A DNA stretch of 64,000 bases from Octopus sinensis (GCF_006345805.1 NC_043010.1:10602001-10666000); one strand, 5' to 3'; shown: positions 38,918 to 53,695, counted from the stretch's first letter. A program made the numbers and translations. Notes: generated by a model from the sequence alone, not told the origin.

Positions 38918-40231
38918 TATTTATTTTTTTTTTTTTTCACAACCATATTTCATATCGTCCGTTAATTATTGGCTTATGCATGTGTTGTGTTACGCTGTCA
39001 TGAAGCACGTGACATTCTGAATATTATTCAATGCATGCATTCACTAACACACATATTCAAAAACAATCCCTGTCTAGTTCTCTCTTCCACTTCTCTTTCT
39101 GTGTACTCACAAGACATATATGTACGTGTGTGTGTATGTGTGTACATATATATGTGTGTGTGTATATATATGTGTGTGTATGTATATACCATGCAATTTT
39201 TTAACAATATATATATATTTATATATGTGCATACACCTACACACAACATACACATATATATATGCATGCATGTATGTATATATGTAAGTATGCATATATG
39301 TCACTATACATATATATTTATGAATATGTATGTATTTACATGTATACTTATATTCATTTTATATATGTATATATTATATATATGCATGTATTTGTGTGCA
39401 TGCGTGTGCCAGTATATATTTGAGCTCATATTTTGATACATGTAATATATAAAATACATACGTACATGTCTATATACATGTAACATGTATGATACACACA
39501 TACATATTTATATACACATATTTATATAAATACACATTTACTTATAATGTATATATACATATATATACAGGTACATATATAAATATATATATATATGCTT
39601 ACATATATATTATATATATATACATATATTATATATTACATATATAATATTCATATTATATATAGAATATATATATATATAATATATATATATATTGTAT
39701 AAAATATATAACAATCACAAACCAAATAGGGCATCCAGCTGTAGAAGCACTGCCAGATCAGACTGGAGCCTGGTGCAGCCGCCTGGCTTCCCAGACCACA
39801 GTTCGAACCCGTCCAAACCATGCTAGCATGGAAAACAAACATTAAACGATGATGACGATGATGATGATTATGATGATGAATACAAACTATATAAATATAT
39901 GAATATATATATATATAACTATATATATATTAATATATACATATATATATACATACTTTATATACATGTATATACACACACATACACACGATATATATAT
40001 ATATATATATCTTCAAACTCACACATGTTACAAATGTACCAACAGACATGTACACAGACAGACAGACAGAGTGATAAATGAAAATTATAAAAAGATGGAA
40101 ATATAGATACATATCTAAATTGCATAAATAGTTAGACAGTGATATATATAACTAATAATAATAATGATATGATATTTATTCAATAACACAACTGAAACCA
40201 ATATAATGTAAATATTGAAACAAAAGCTTAC

Positions 40232-40336
40232 CTGTATTGTTAAATAATTCTTCAGTGAGATTTTTCTGTTTTTCTGTAAAATTTATATATTTATCTTAAT
40301 GTTGAGTCCATCTCTACAGTGCTGCTGTAAGTGCTG
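40232..40336 (-). other. Candidate 105-nt non-coding internal exon
   Basis: Minus-strand acceptor ctttctctctgcttttcag|CAG and donor ATACAG|gtaagc; stops in all three frames. Confidence 0.4.
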
Positions 40337-40582
40337 CTGAAAAGCAGAGAGAAAGATAGTGAACTAGTATTGTTTACATGTAGGTAGAAATCAGCAGGTC
40401 TCTTTGGTGGAATGTGCACTTACATGCATGTGTCTGTATGTGTTTATGTGTCACTGTATTTGTTTGTGCAAGTGTGTTGGACATATATATATAATTGTGT
40501 ATGTGTATGTGTATGTGTGTGAGTAGGTATAAGTATGTATAATATATATTATTTATATATATGTGTGTCTGTATATATATAC

Positions 40583-40613
<31 letters not shown>

Positions 40614-40617
40614 CATA

Positions 40618-40686
<69 letters not shown>

Positions 40687-41173
40687 ATGTATGTATATGT
40701 GTGTGTTTGTGAAATTTATGATACAGTTGTGTAGACAGACACAGTGATAGCTTTCAACTCAATAACAGCAATCAAAAACCAAGTAATGATGTCCTTGTAC
40801 ATTCTTTTAAGCATACATCAGCAGTATTTATTCCAGTACACTAGAGAACTGATAACAATAATTTAATATTAATCGAAATCTATAACAAACAAACAAATCT
40901 CCTACCAACACACACATAAACACACGCACACACACATGCACAAACGCACACATGCATATACTGGAACAACATTTACATATTTATATTTATATACACACAC
41001 TGCTTGACTACATCCAAATAGACACTAACACAGACAAATACACACATAGAGACTACACTGGCACTGACCTCCAAACACAGGCTGTCTCACTCATATACAT
41101 TCACATGCATATCTGGACATGTGTATAGATATTCATATATACATATCTAAGTATACATATATGTGTATGTATG

Positions 41174-41213
<40 letters not shown>

Positions 41214-41637
41214 CACACATATATATACATACACACACACATACACAAATATATATATATATATAGACATAGATATAGATATATATACACATACATATAC
41301 ACACATATATATATACCAATATATACATACATGCATATATATATATGTATACATATACACATATATTTATATGTTATTATATATATATATAAATATAATA
41401 TATATATATATATATACACCCATATATAAATGTACATATATACATATATATATATATATGTGTGTGTGTGTGGTGTGTGTATGATATATACATACATACA
41501 CATGATATCATTACAAAACAATATCAAATAACCAATATCAGTAACTATAGTGTTGCACAAACTCAGCTATTCACATACAAGATAATATATGTGTTCATGT
41601 GTATAGTTTATATATATGTATATATATTATATCTATC

Positions 41638-41679
<42 letters not shown>

Positions 41680-41920
41680 TATATCTACATAGACATATCA
41701 TATACATTTATATATGCATTTAATTATATACATGCACACATATTTATATATATATCTATAATACAGGTAATATATCTACGTATATACATGTATATATACA
41801 TACATGTATATATATATATATATGTGTGTGTGTGTATATATATCTATATATATATAAATATACAGGTATATATATACGTATATACATGTATATACATACA
41901 TGTATATATATATATATATA

Positions 41921-41959
<39 letters not shown>

Positions 41960-42262
41960 TATATAATATGTGTGTGTGTGTGTGTAATATATATATATAT
42001 ATTATTATTGACTGTACAATATAGTACATATGAATATCCAAAGAAGAGTTTAGTTTACCCAAAGTAAAGTGGCCATGTATTATAATGAGAGGCATATATT
42101 CTAAAAATAGCATTTGGTATAGATTTATCTAAAATCCTCTACACTAATCAGAGAATATGTCTTGCTCCACAGTTTACACTGAAAAATGACAATTCTCACA
42201 CCTTCAGCTATATAAAACTGACATATATTCATAAAGACATACATTTTATATGCATGTGTGTG

Positions 42263-42294
<32 letters not shown>

Positions 42295-42328
42295 TCACAC
42301 ATATGTGTGTGCGTGAGCGTATATGTAT

Positions 42329-42363
<35 letters not shown>

Positions 42364-42420
42364 CATACATACATATACATCATACATACCCATACATATA
42401 TTATACACACACACATACAC

Positions 42421-42467
<47 letters not shown>

Positions 42468-42919
42468 TATGTATCACTCAGCAGATATATATGGATATAG
42501 ATATACATGTATATCTATCCATCTATCTATCTACCTATCTTTGTAGCTGTATGTCTATAAATATATTTTTTTCTTTTATTTTCTGTATGTATGCATATTT
42601 ATTATTGTTATATCTTTGACAACCCCTTCTGTGTAGCATCTAAGATGATTATTCACTGCATTTTGTCTTTTATGGACAACCATGTGATTATGTAGTTCTA
42701 ATGCAGGTAGGAGAAAACCATTATAGAACCATTCCATGTCTTACACGAATCAGGGATAAATAGCCCAACTTCTATGTTCCATTTTGGAGATCATGATTTT
42801 AATGACTAGATGCCCTACCTATCATCATCAGTTTTGTAGTGTACTGGATGTTTTATATTATAGAGCCAGTGTTATAGAAGCTGTTATGTTGCTTGTAAGA
42901 TTAGAGTGCTGAATATGTC

Positions 42920-44060
42920 TGTTCATTTGCCACCCATTTCACAGAGTGTGTTTCTAAGTAGATGAGTCAGAGAATGATTTTTCCACTTAGATCACTGCGA
43001 TAGAGTGTTTCTGCAGGATAAAAACACCTGTGTCTAGTTGAACCACTATTTGGAGAAAACAATCTACCACAGATATTACACTGATATGGTTTTTCTCCTG
43101 TATGCATACGGTAATGTTTAGTTAAATCACTATTTTGGGAGAAATGGTAGAGAGCTGGCAGAATCGTTAGCATGCCGGGCGAAATGCTTAGTGGTATTTC
43201 GTCTGCCATTACGTTCTGAGTTCAAATTCCGCCAAGGTTGACTTTGCCTTTCATCCTTTCGGGGTTCGATAAATTAAGTACCAGTTATGCACTGGGGTCG
43301 ATATAATCGACTTAATCCCTTTGTCTGTCCTTGTTTGTCCCCTCTGTGTTTAGAGCCCCTTGTGGTAGTAAAGAACAGGTATTTCGTCTGCCGCTACGTT
43401 CTGGAGTTCAAATTCCACCAAGGTCGACTTTTTTCCTTTCATTTCTCCTTTTGTGGTCGATAAATTAAGTAACCAGTTATGCCACTGGGGTCGATGTCAT
43501 CGACTTAATCCCTTTGTCTGTCCTTGTTTTGGTCCCCTCTGTGTTTAGCCCCTTGTGGGTAGTAAAGAAATAGATATTTCATCTGCCACTATGTTCCGAG
43601 TTCAAATTCCACCAAGGTCGACTTTGCCTTTCATCCTTTTGGGGGTCGATTAAATAAGTACTAGTTATGCACTGGGGTTGATGTAATCGACTTAATCCAT
43701 TTGTCTGTCCTTGTTTGTCCCCTCTATGTTTAGCCCCTTGTGGGCAGTAAAGAAATATATATCTCTGTAACTTAGCAGTTCAACAAAATAGACCAATAAA
43801 ATAAGACAGGGTTTATCTCCTGAATGAACACGTCTATGGATTGTGAAATACAGGTCTCTCGCCTGTATGTGAACGACTATGAACAGTTAAATGACCTCTC
43901 TGAGAAAAGGACTTAGCACAGAGAGTACAGTGATATAGCCTCTCACCTGTATGAATATATTTGTAACTAGTTAAATGATATTTTTCAGAGAATGTTTTAC
44001 CACAGGTATTACGTTCATATGGCTTCTCACCTGTATGAGTACCTATGTGCCTAATAATGG
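42920..44060 (-). pseudogene. C2H2 zinc-finger array pseudogene split by SINEs
   Basis: 44060-43807 reads HIGTHTGEKPYERNTCGKTFSEKYHLTSYKYIHTGERLYHCTLCAKSFSQRGHLTVHSRSHTGERP, then out of frame TIHRRVHSGDKP; 43144-42967 reads FSQNSDLTKHYRMHTGEKPYQCNICGRLFS; some Cys/His ligands lost, stops present. Confidence 0.85.
43148..43757 (+). mobile_element. Three tandem family C SINE units
   Basis: Units at about 43148-43377, 43378-43571 and 43572-43757; units 2 and 3 start at the internal g(g/a)tatttc site. Confidence 0.9.
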
Positions 44061-44252
44061 CTATGATTCTACATTTTGTGCTTGTTTTAGAACTATGTCA
44101 GAGACCCAGCTACTAATCTTATACGCAATACATTCAGCTGTTTGTATCAGATCTTTGTCGTTATATACCTGTCTTCTCAAGTGATCACAGGTTTTGCTGG
44201 CACATTCTTGCACATTTCTTATTGTTCATCAATATCTGCATTCTGATAGGTG

Positions 44253-44666
44253 ACTCTCTTTACTCTTTTTACTCTTTTACTTGTTTCAGTCATTTGACTG
44301 CGGCCATGCTGGAGCACCACCTTTAGTCGAGCAAATCGACCCCGGAACTTATTCTTTGTAAGCCCAGTACTTATTCTATCGGTCTCTTTTGCCGAACTGC
44401 TAAGTTATGGGGACAAAAACACACCAGCATCAGTTGTCAAGCAATGCTAGGGGGACAAACACAGACACACAAACACACACACATATATATATATACATAT
44501 ATATGACGGGCTTCTTTCAGTTTCCGTCTACCAAATCCACTCACAAGGCATTGGTTGGCCCAGGGCTATAGCAGAAGACACTTGCACAAGATGCCACGCA
44601 GTGGGACTGAACCCGGAACCATGTGGTTGGTAAGCAAGCTACTTACCACACAGCCACTCCTGCGTC
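44253..44666 (-). mobile_element. SINE family A, full length
   Basis: Reverse complement of family A. Confidence 0.9.
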
Positions 44667-45135
44667 TATACCAAATATTAAAAGTTATCTGTATTTTTCA
44701 AGCATCTCTTCATATACTATCACGTTTTGCGATCCTGTTGTCTGCTTGAGGACAGTAGGGGTTTGCTCATCCTGCTGGCAATATACATGTTTGTGCAGGG
44801 TAACCAATAATGAGCTACTGGAATATCTGCCTAGGGTTAAACTAGTAGTAACATGGAATAGCCACTTTGATGTGGTGATCAACTTTACTTGTTAGTATAG
44901 TTGCTACTCTGATCTCTTCTTGAGATTTTACAACTAGCCACTTTACTTATATATATACATAATAAGGGTGAAAAATTTTCTTGAGGACATTCCTTTCTTA
45001 GTGGTAAGACCATAGCTGATCTACTTCTAGCATAATGGATGTCCACGTAGTGGTCATCCCCTCTTATATTTATGTAATATATATATGTATGTATATATAT
45101 CGTTTAACGTCCGTTTTCTGTGCTAGCATGGGTTG

Positions 45136-45213
<78 letters not shown>

Positions 45214-45487
45214 TATAGATATATATACACACACACACCTAAATGGCATAAGTGTATATATGGGCATTTGTGTGCGTGTAAAAGAGGGAAGAGAGAGAGA
45301 GAGAGACAGACAGACAGAGATTTCCTTTAGAAATTTTTTTAAATTTGTAATTTATATAGTGTCAATTATAAATTGCCAGCAACAGAAAATTATCATGTTC
45401 TAAGTGATTCCTCCTCCTCCAACACACCAACACCGGTTGACAAGTAGTGATGGGGAACAAACACAGACACAAAGACACATACACACC

Positions 45488-45521
<34 letters not shown>

Positions 45522-45552
45522 CAAAATAAGCAACAAGAATGACTCTGGTAAT

Positions 45553-45638
45553 TTGGTACAATCGTTTCATACTACATCATTTTATTAAATGTTGAAAGTA
45601 TTACAACAGATTTAAAATGCTGAGTACTCATCAGCCAA
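45553..45638 (-). ncRNA. Type I hammerhead ribozyme, intact core
   Basis: Minus strand ttgg-CTGATGA-gtact...agtat-GAAA-cgattg-TA-ccaa; stem II extends via catttta/taaaatg; lies in a block of about 140 bp between TA tracts. Confidence 0.75.
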
Positions 45639-46693
45639 TTATAGAGATTTTCCATTAATACAAATATATATATATATATACATATATTCGATGGCCTTCT
45701 TTCAGTTTCTGTCTACCAAATCCACTCAGAAGACTTTGGTCAGTCCGAGGCTATAGTAGAAGACACTTGTCCAAGATGCCAACAGTGGGACTGAACTCAG
45801 AACCTCGAGGTTGGGAAGCAAGCTTCTTACCACACAGCCACGCTTCGGCCTGGTACTGATTCTACCCGCTCTCCACCTTAATAACAACAACAACAGTAAT
45901 ATTAGAAAGTACAACAATAACAACAGCATCAATGAGAATACTGCTATGTAGTCACATGAACAGTTGTTAGAAATAAGAGTCAAACCTCCCTCAGATCACA
46001 CCCTATTGACTTGAGGAACAAAATAGATAAAAGAGAAAATGTAGAAGGACATTTGGGATAATACAGTTCAGATCAAAAATGTCTGAGAAATAAAAGCTGT
46101 GGTGGTCATGGTTGGAATTCTTTTGATCATAGACTGACTGTCTGCTCGATCAAGGCATTTGATGGGATCTAAACAATACTATCAACAGCAAAAACTACAA
46201 CAACAACAGCAACAACAACAACAACAACACCACCAGGAGCAACAATAAGCATAAAAATAGGAACACCAACAGCAACAACAAAAATAACAACACAAGCAAT
46301 AACTGTGAAATCAAGTTTAATATACAGCTGTGTTTGCACGTTCTCTAAATATGATTGATCTGTTTTGAAGCAAAATAAGATTTCATTGATTAAAAAAAAA
46401 AAAAAAACCTAAGTCTTGGAAAAATTTTTCACATTTTCATTTCTTTCTTTCAACAATATTTTGGTTTGTTCCTGCTTTTTTTTTCTTTCTTTCTTTCTTT
46501 CTTAAATTTCTTTTTTTTTTTTCTTTTTTGATTTGCTGTAATGCAATAATACTTATTTTAATGCAATAATACTTATTTTCTCATTGGTTCAAACAGCCCT
46601 TTGTGAGATAAGAAATTAAACAGACTTATGCATGATAAAAGAACTATATGTATGTGTGTGCACTTGTGAGAGTATGTGTTTGTATGTACACAA

Positions 46694-46741
<48 letters not shown>

Positions 46742-46755
46742 CATATATATACACG

Positions 46756-46818
<63 letters not shown>

Positions 46819-47061
46819 TATATATATACATATATATACACACACATATATATACACACACACACATATATATATATATATACACATACATATATATATA
46901 TATACACATATATATATACACATACATATATATATATATACACATACATATATGCATATATATATACATATACATATATACACACATACATATATACATA
47001 TATATATATACATATACATATATACAATATATATATATATACATATACATATATACATATA

Positions 47062-47141
<80 letters not shown>

Positions 47142-47496
47142 ATTATATATCAAATACTATTCAAGAAAGACTAAAGATATAAAGCAATAAATGTAATCTT
47201 AAAAATCAAATTACTTTGAGATTTTATCCCAAAAATCTTTAAAAAATATATATATGCCTGCAGTGAAGCATTTCAGTTTCTAAGACAGACTGGCATTTTA
47301 TGAGTTTCCTTGGAAATTTCTGATGAATGCAAAAATTATACCCAGAGAAAATTATTTTTTCTTGCAATTGTATTCCTGTAAAGAAATAAAGACAACAAAA
47401 AGCATATCACAAAAAAAAAAAAATACATAATTTATAAATTAATAAATGCTATTGTAAATGAGGAATTTTATTTCTGAAAATAAATAAATAAATAAA

Positions 47497-47603
47497 TCTA
47501 TCCATCCATCTATCTATCTATCTTTCTATCTATCTATCTATCCATCAATCTATCTATCCATCCATCTATCTATCCATCTATCTATCTATCTATCTATCTA
47601 TCA

Positions 47604-47662
<59 letters not shown>

Positions 47663-47667
47663 CATCG

Positions 47668-47718
<51 letters not shown>

Positions 47719-47778
47719 CATCGATCTATCTATCTATCTATCTATCTACTATCTATCAATCTATCTATCCATCCATCG

Positions 47779-47833
<55 letters not shown>

Positions 47834-47856
47834 AGTCTGTCTATCGTTCTAACTAT

Positions 47857-47919
<63 letters not shown>

Positions 47920-47958
47920 GTTCTATCTATCTATCAGTCTGTCTATCGTTCTAACTAT

Positions 47959-48033
<75 letters not shown>

Positions 48034-48053
48034 GTTCTATCTATCTATCTATC
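47497..48053. repeat. (TCTA)n microsatellite with an internal duplication
   Basis: Direct reading. Confidence 0.95.
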
Positions 48054-48823
48054 TTTGTATTATTTTTGTGTTTCTTTTCTTTATTCCGAGTTTCTTGCTT
48101 TGGTGATTTTTAACCGGAATCATATCCTAGTAAAATATCCACTAGTCTCATTTTAATGTCATCTATTTAATGTTGGTGGTAAATCTATTTAATTCGCTAA
48201 TAGCTAAATACACACATGAACATGGTCAACGTCTCTTCACTCTGGCTAGAATGACGATTATACTGAATGGAAATAAATTACAAGATTATGTCTAATGGAA
48301 GATTTTCTGTTTCTTAGAAACATCTAAACATAGACTTGCTTCCTGGTTCTTAAATATGTTAAATACAATCTGTGGAGCAGACTATTTGTAAGAGAGGGAT
48401 GTTGACATATCTTATTTGGTAAGTTGTTCTCAATCTGGTGGAACAAAAGCATGGTTGATCCCAGACAGGAACCGTTTATATTGTTCTATTTCTATACTTG
48501 TTAATAACATTGTGGAAGTGAAGAGCAGAGAAAGCTTCCGGACTCCGACATTAAAAGCCTTTCATTACATATTCAGATTGTCATGAAGAAAATATATATA
48601 ACAACAAAAAAAATAAAAAATAAAATAGCGAATAAATAAATGAAAAAAAAACCGACATACAAATGCATTAGTGAACAATACATGTTTAAAATTTACACAT
48701 TCTTTACAAAACCAATATAGTATAACCCTTAGCAAGTCAGCATATCGGATTTCAACTTGTACATACATAAAAATACACATACACATATACACACACACAT
48801 ATATATATACATATGTTTGTTTG

Positions 48824-48864
<41 letters not shown>

Positions 48865-49072
48865 ATATATATGTATATATATGTATATGTATATATATGT
48901 TATATATGTATATATATGTGTGTGTGTGTGTATATATACATGTGTATATATGTGTGTATATATATATGTGTATATATATGTGTATATAATATATATATAT
49001 ATATATGTGTGTATATATATGTATATATATGTATATGTATATATGTATATGTATATATATATATTATATATA

Positions 49073-49117
<45 letters not shown>

Positions 49118-49859
49118 ATATATGTATATATGTATATATATGTGTGTGTGTGTTTGTACTCATGCGTGGGTGTTTGCCATTCATTGAATTTGTATGCATT
49201 TAGAAAAGCAGTAGACTTACTAGAACTTGGTAATTTTCCAAATTAAAGTCTAAAGTATAAATCTGTGACTTAGCAAACGGGAGAATAGTTAAATCAGCAT
49301 CCATATTGTTAGATTTAAATCTTCTCTTATCAAAAGATATTTCTATCTTCTATAGGATCTATCATATTAATTGTACAAGTATTCACAATACACTAATCAG
49401 TTGACAATAGATTCTTTATAGATTCTTATACGTAGTTTCATTACTAGCTTTGCAACCAGGCTCGTGTGTTTAAATACAAAAATGTGTGGCACCCTGAGCA
49501 AGAATCTTCTGCTTATAGCTTCAGCTTGACCAATATCTTGTGTGTAGCAATTGGCAAATAGACATTGTGTATAGCTTTTCATGAGCAAATGCATGCGTGT
49601 GTACATGTGTGTATCTGTGTGTATTTTGCCCATGTATATTGACAAAGGATATAAAGAAACACTGGTAAGAAAATAATTTTAAAAATGCTTCCCTTCCATT
49701 GAAGCCCCTTAAGGTATTTGTTCTGCACAGAACTGCACAGATATTCCATTGTTAGTCCCACCATTAGAACTATGGCAACCTAGTGGTTTATTTTTTTTAA
49801 TCTTGTGATCAATGATACTACATCTCGCAAATTGTAATATCAAGTGATATGCTGCTGAG

Positions 49860-50192
49860 AACCCCTTCGGTCACGACTGACCATGGGATTGCATCCAGGA
49901 AGCCACCCTCCCAGGTACAAGTCTGGGCAAGGTTGCTTATGGAAGACAAGCAGTCGCCCATGCATACTGGCTTCCACTCTCCACACCACCAGTGTTATCC
50001 AAGGGAAAGGCAAAGGGGCCGATGCAGCTTGGCACCTGTGACGTCGCAACTCATTTCTACAGCTGAGTGAACTGGAGCGACGTGAAATAAAGTGTCTTGC
50101 TCAAGAACACAACACGCTGCCCGGTCTGGGATTTGAACTCACAACCTCATGATCATAAGCTCTATGCACTAACCATTGAGCCATGCACCTTC
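49860..50192 (-). mobile_element. tRNA-derived SINE with tail ending tgcaatcccatggtc (related copy 24085-24320)
   Basis: B-box-like GAGTTCAAATCCC on the minus strand; CORE-like TTCTTGAGCAAGACACTT. Confidence 0.7.
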
Positions 50193-50339
50193 ACATCAAA
50201 TCATAAACACTTTGCAAAATGCAACATATTTTACTCTAGAAGTAGAGAAACTGCTTCCATAGACCATTGTACTTCCTCCAGACACCATGACCAATCCATC
50301 TAAACTGCTTCCATTGACTATTGCACTTCCTCTAGACAC

Positions 50340-50692
50340 CATGACCAATCCATCTCAGCTGTTTCTGGATGATGATAGCCTCATTGGAAGTCATACTGGT
50401 CCCTCTTTCAACACACCGATGCTTGTCCCTCTTTCTTCCCAGCTGATGTGGAGAATACTTTGAAAGCAACTTTGCTGGTACCTTTCAAGAGCTTTTATGT
50501 GTCTATTGTATGTAGTCTATAGGCACAGGAGTGGCTGTGTGGTAAGTAGCTTGCTAACCAACCACATGGTTCCGGGTTCAGTCCCACTGCGTGGCATCTT
50601 GGGCAAGTGTCTTCTGCTATAGCCCCGGGCCGACTAATGCCTTGTGAGTGGATTTGGTAGACGGAAACTGAAAGAAGCCTGTCGTATATATG

Positions 50693-50723
<31 letters not shown>

Positions 50724-51360
50724 ATATATATATATGTATGTGTGTATGTGTTTGTGTGTCTGTGTTTGTCCCCCTAGCATTGCTTGACAACCGATGCTGG
50801 TGTGTTTACGTCCCCGTCACTTAGCGGTTCGGCGAAAGAGACCGATAGAATAAGTACTGGGCTTACAAAGAATAAATCCCGGGGTCGATTTGCTCAACTA
50901 AAGGCGGTGCTCCAGCATGGCCGCAGTCAAATGACTGAAACAAGTAAAAGAGTCCAGGTCTTGGATGCATATAAAAGCATGGTGATGACCACTGCCTTGC
51001 ATACCATTATTTTTGTGTCAAGTCAAACGTCTCAATCTTGGAACACTCTCATTCGGAAATGGCCAAAGGTAGCACCAGTGCTTTTGAGGTGAGACTGGAT
51101 TTCATTATCAATGTCAACAATGGAAGATAGACAACTTTCCAGATGCAAAAGATGAGTCATGCTTTCTAAGATTGTGCCCTCAATTCCAGTGGCTGGTAGT
51201 GTGCTGTTTTCTTTGACTGGTAATAGTTGGAGATACCTTGTGTCTTTTTGCATTTGATGGGGAGTCCTAGTTTTTATAACTTTGATGGAAATCACTGAAG
51301 ATCTGTAGCAAATTTTCTTTGGATAGGGCCAAAATGTTGGCAACTAAGGTCATCTTCATT
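50340..51360 (-). mobile_element. RTE-clade LINE RT fragment interrupted by a SINE
   Basis: ...CLSSIVDIDNEIQSHLKSTGATFGHFRMRVF...LLYASKTW|TTYNRHIKALERYQQSCFQSILHISWEE...QLRWIGH; the reading continues across the SINE, with AGTC on both sides. Confidence 0.85.
50522..50953 (+). mobile_element. SINE family A, full length
   Basis: Matches the other family A copies. Confidence 0.9.
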
Positions 51361-51388
51361 CATACATACGTACATATGTATGTGTGTG

Positions 51389-51420
<32 letters not shown>

Positions 51421-51553
51421 ATACACATACATATATATTTACATACATATATATATATTATATATATATACATATATATATACATATACATATATATACA
51501 TATATATATATATATATAATATATATATATATATTATATATATATATATAATA

Positions 51554-51585
<32 letters not shown>

Positions 51586-51764
51586 GGCCTGCTCGCTTAG
51601 TCAGCGGGGTGGCGTCATTCGAAGGCTAAAACAATGCGAATGCATTGTGACCAGCGATGTGTAACAACATCTGATAGTCTGGTTGCTCACGTGATCAAGT
51701 GATATATATATATATATATAATATATATATATATATACCTCAAGATATATTTATATATATATAT

Positions 51765-52300
51765 AATTATAATTTTCCTTCGAAAAGGAATCCATTATTT
51801 GGAAAAAAATCACTTTCTTCCATTACCAGTGCAGCCACCTGTGGAGGCCAATCTGGACTATCAATACAGGTCGGGTCTATCAGTACCCGACCTTCAAGAA
51901 AACTTTCTACAGAGATGTCTACAAACCAAGCTTCTTACCACACAAAAAGAATAAAATCCAGCAACCATAAAAAAAAATGAAAGATTGAAGATGGAATATA
52001 CGAGAATTTATTATTAATCACAACAATTGTTTCGGCACATCTAGCATCGATCCCTCATGGGTGGGATACTCAACAACTGGTTCAGCAGCATCTGGCTGTG
52101 CAGATGTATCTCATTGGGTGATGAATATGTACAACTCATTAAAATAACAGTTCTGCAAGTAACTTCTCGTTTTGTAGAAAGAAAAGCAGGCAGATGGAGG
52201 AAATATCTTCATTTATATAGAAGATTAAAAATAATATCAAAGATGGGGAAAAAGCGAAACGAACACACAATACAGTGAGAAAAGTATTAAAAATAACCAT
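51765..52300 (-). mobile_element. Putative Penelope-like non-coding element with decayed hammerhead (52017-52122)
   Basis: Minus strand atcac-CCAATGA-gatacatct...agatgtgcc-GAAA-caattg-TT-gtgat; 51765-51978 recurs inverted at 55170-55390. Confidence 0.6.
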
Positions 52301-52316
52301 TAACAAATAATAATAA

Positions 52317-52812
52317 GATGGTATAGGCACACCCCAGAAAAGGTCTCAGGAAATGACAAAGCAACCATACTCTGGGATATGCCAATACATACAGACAGAG
52401 AAATCAAGGTTAATAAACCAGATATAGTTGTCAGAGATAACCAAGAAAAAATGCCTTCTAATCGATGTATCAACACCAACAGATGACAATAAACAGAGAA
52501 ACTCTCAAAATACAAAGATCTGGAAATAGAGGTAATTTGAATGTGGAGCCTAAAAACAAAAACGATCGCTTTAATAATAAGGGTCTTAGGTATAATTAAA
52601 AGACATTCAGATAAATACATAACCAAAACACCAGGACTTATGAATGTATATAACACAGAAAATAGCACTACTAGAGACCACATACATCCTACTTAAAACA
52701 CTTTCAATACAGTGAAAATAAGAGTGCCACAACAAACCACAGCATATGCTCAAGGCACACAGAGCCGTGCTCGGTTGTGCAGAGAAAGTACGGGATAAAA
52801 ATTAGACTACAG
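52317..52812 (+). mobile_element. R4/Dong-clade LINE 3' fragment (restriction-like endonuclease region)
   Basis: RWYRHTPEKV...ATILWDMPIHTDREIKVNKPDIVV...CLLIDVSTP...KLSKYKDLEIE...QKIALL; starts and ends in TAA repeats. Confidence 0.85.
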
Positions 52813-52827
52813 AATGATAATAATAAT

Positions 52828-53147
52828 CTCTGAAAAAATATAAAGATTTGCTCATTGTAAATGAAAACATGTGGTATCTCAAGGTGATTACAGTACCAAT
52901 GATAGCAGGAGCACTATGAATGATTAGAAAAGGAGCTAGAACTTATTTGAGAATTATCCCCCGTCTTATCGTCCTTGGATGAAGTGGAAAAAGTTGCTTT
53001 AACTAGTACATTACACATACTGAGAAGAGCATTGTCACTGTACAAATGATTAACTTCTATGTAAATATTATTTTTGTACTTAACTTTATATGATTTTATT
53101 AATGAACAATCTGGCAAGAAATGGAAACAAAACTGAAGAAGATGACT
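52828..53147 (+). mobile_element. Second R4/Dong-clade 3' fragment
   Basis: KKYKDLLIVNENMWYLKVITVPMIAGAL*MI...EVEKVALTSTLHILRRALSLYK*, then (TAA)n. Confidence 0.75.
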
Positions 53148-53219
53148 AATAATAATAATAATAATAATAATAATATAATAATATAATAATAATAATAATG
53201 ATAATAATAATAATAATAT

Positions 53220-53695
53220 TGTCTTAGTATAAAAGATGGGCTACAGCAAATATTCTGCTCAATACCACAGATTTGCTTGTCAGTCGTTTGACCATAACCA
53301 GTTGAACATGTCCCTTAGTGGCTGACAATACGCGCATCTCTGATCACGAGCAGAAGTAGTGGGGGAGCATCATAGCCATGTGTTGAGAGGGAGTCTTTGG
53401 AGTTTGAATGATTCACCTCTGGAAACATGGGTGGTTCGTTCAACATCCTAAAGCAACCCTTATTCAGGGACCTTTTGAGCAGGATGGGCTACTCAACCTG
53501 AAGAAAATTCTTACTGGGTCCCACCTGCAAGGTCATGTGCTATTTATCTTGATATGAGATCACTATGTCGTGCACATATGGTTGTGATACATGTGCCTAG
53601 TGTACCCTTATCAGAAGTGTAGTCATGATGGGTATGCTGGGCTTTGTATATTTTACCCCAGTGTCACTTTGATGGCATGCACTGCTCTCTCACTC
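53220..53695 (+). mobile_element. Non-coding element embedded in (TAA)n
   Basis: Reverse-complement match to 28363-28840. Confidence 0.75.

Noticed and set aside
43148-43757. Regularly spaced repeats resembling a CRISPR array or satellite
   Set aside because: Tandem SINE units without unique spacers, in eukaryotic context
44623-44895. ORF with weak RTE-like phrase (VTNNELLEYLP)
   Set aside because: Too short and divergent to assign
50249-50357. Tandem duplication of about 54 bp (also a 20-bp one near 46539-46578)
   Set aside because: Ordinary local slippage duplications in decayed sequence
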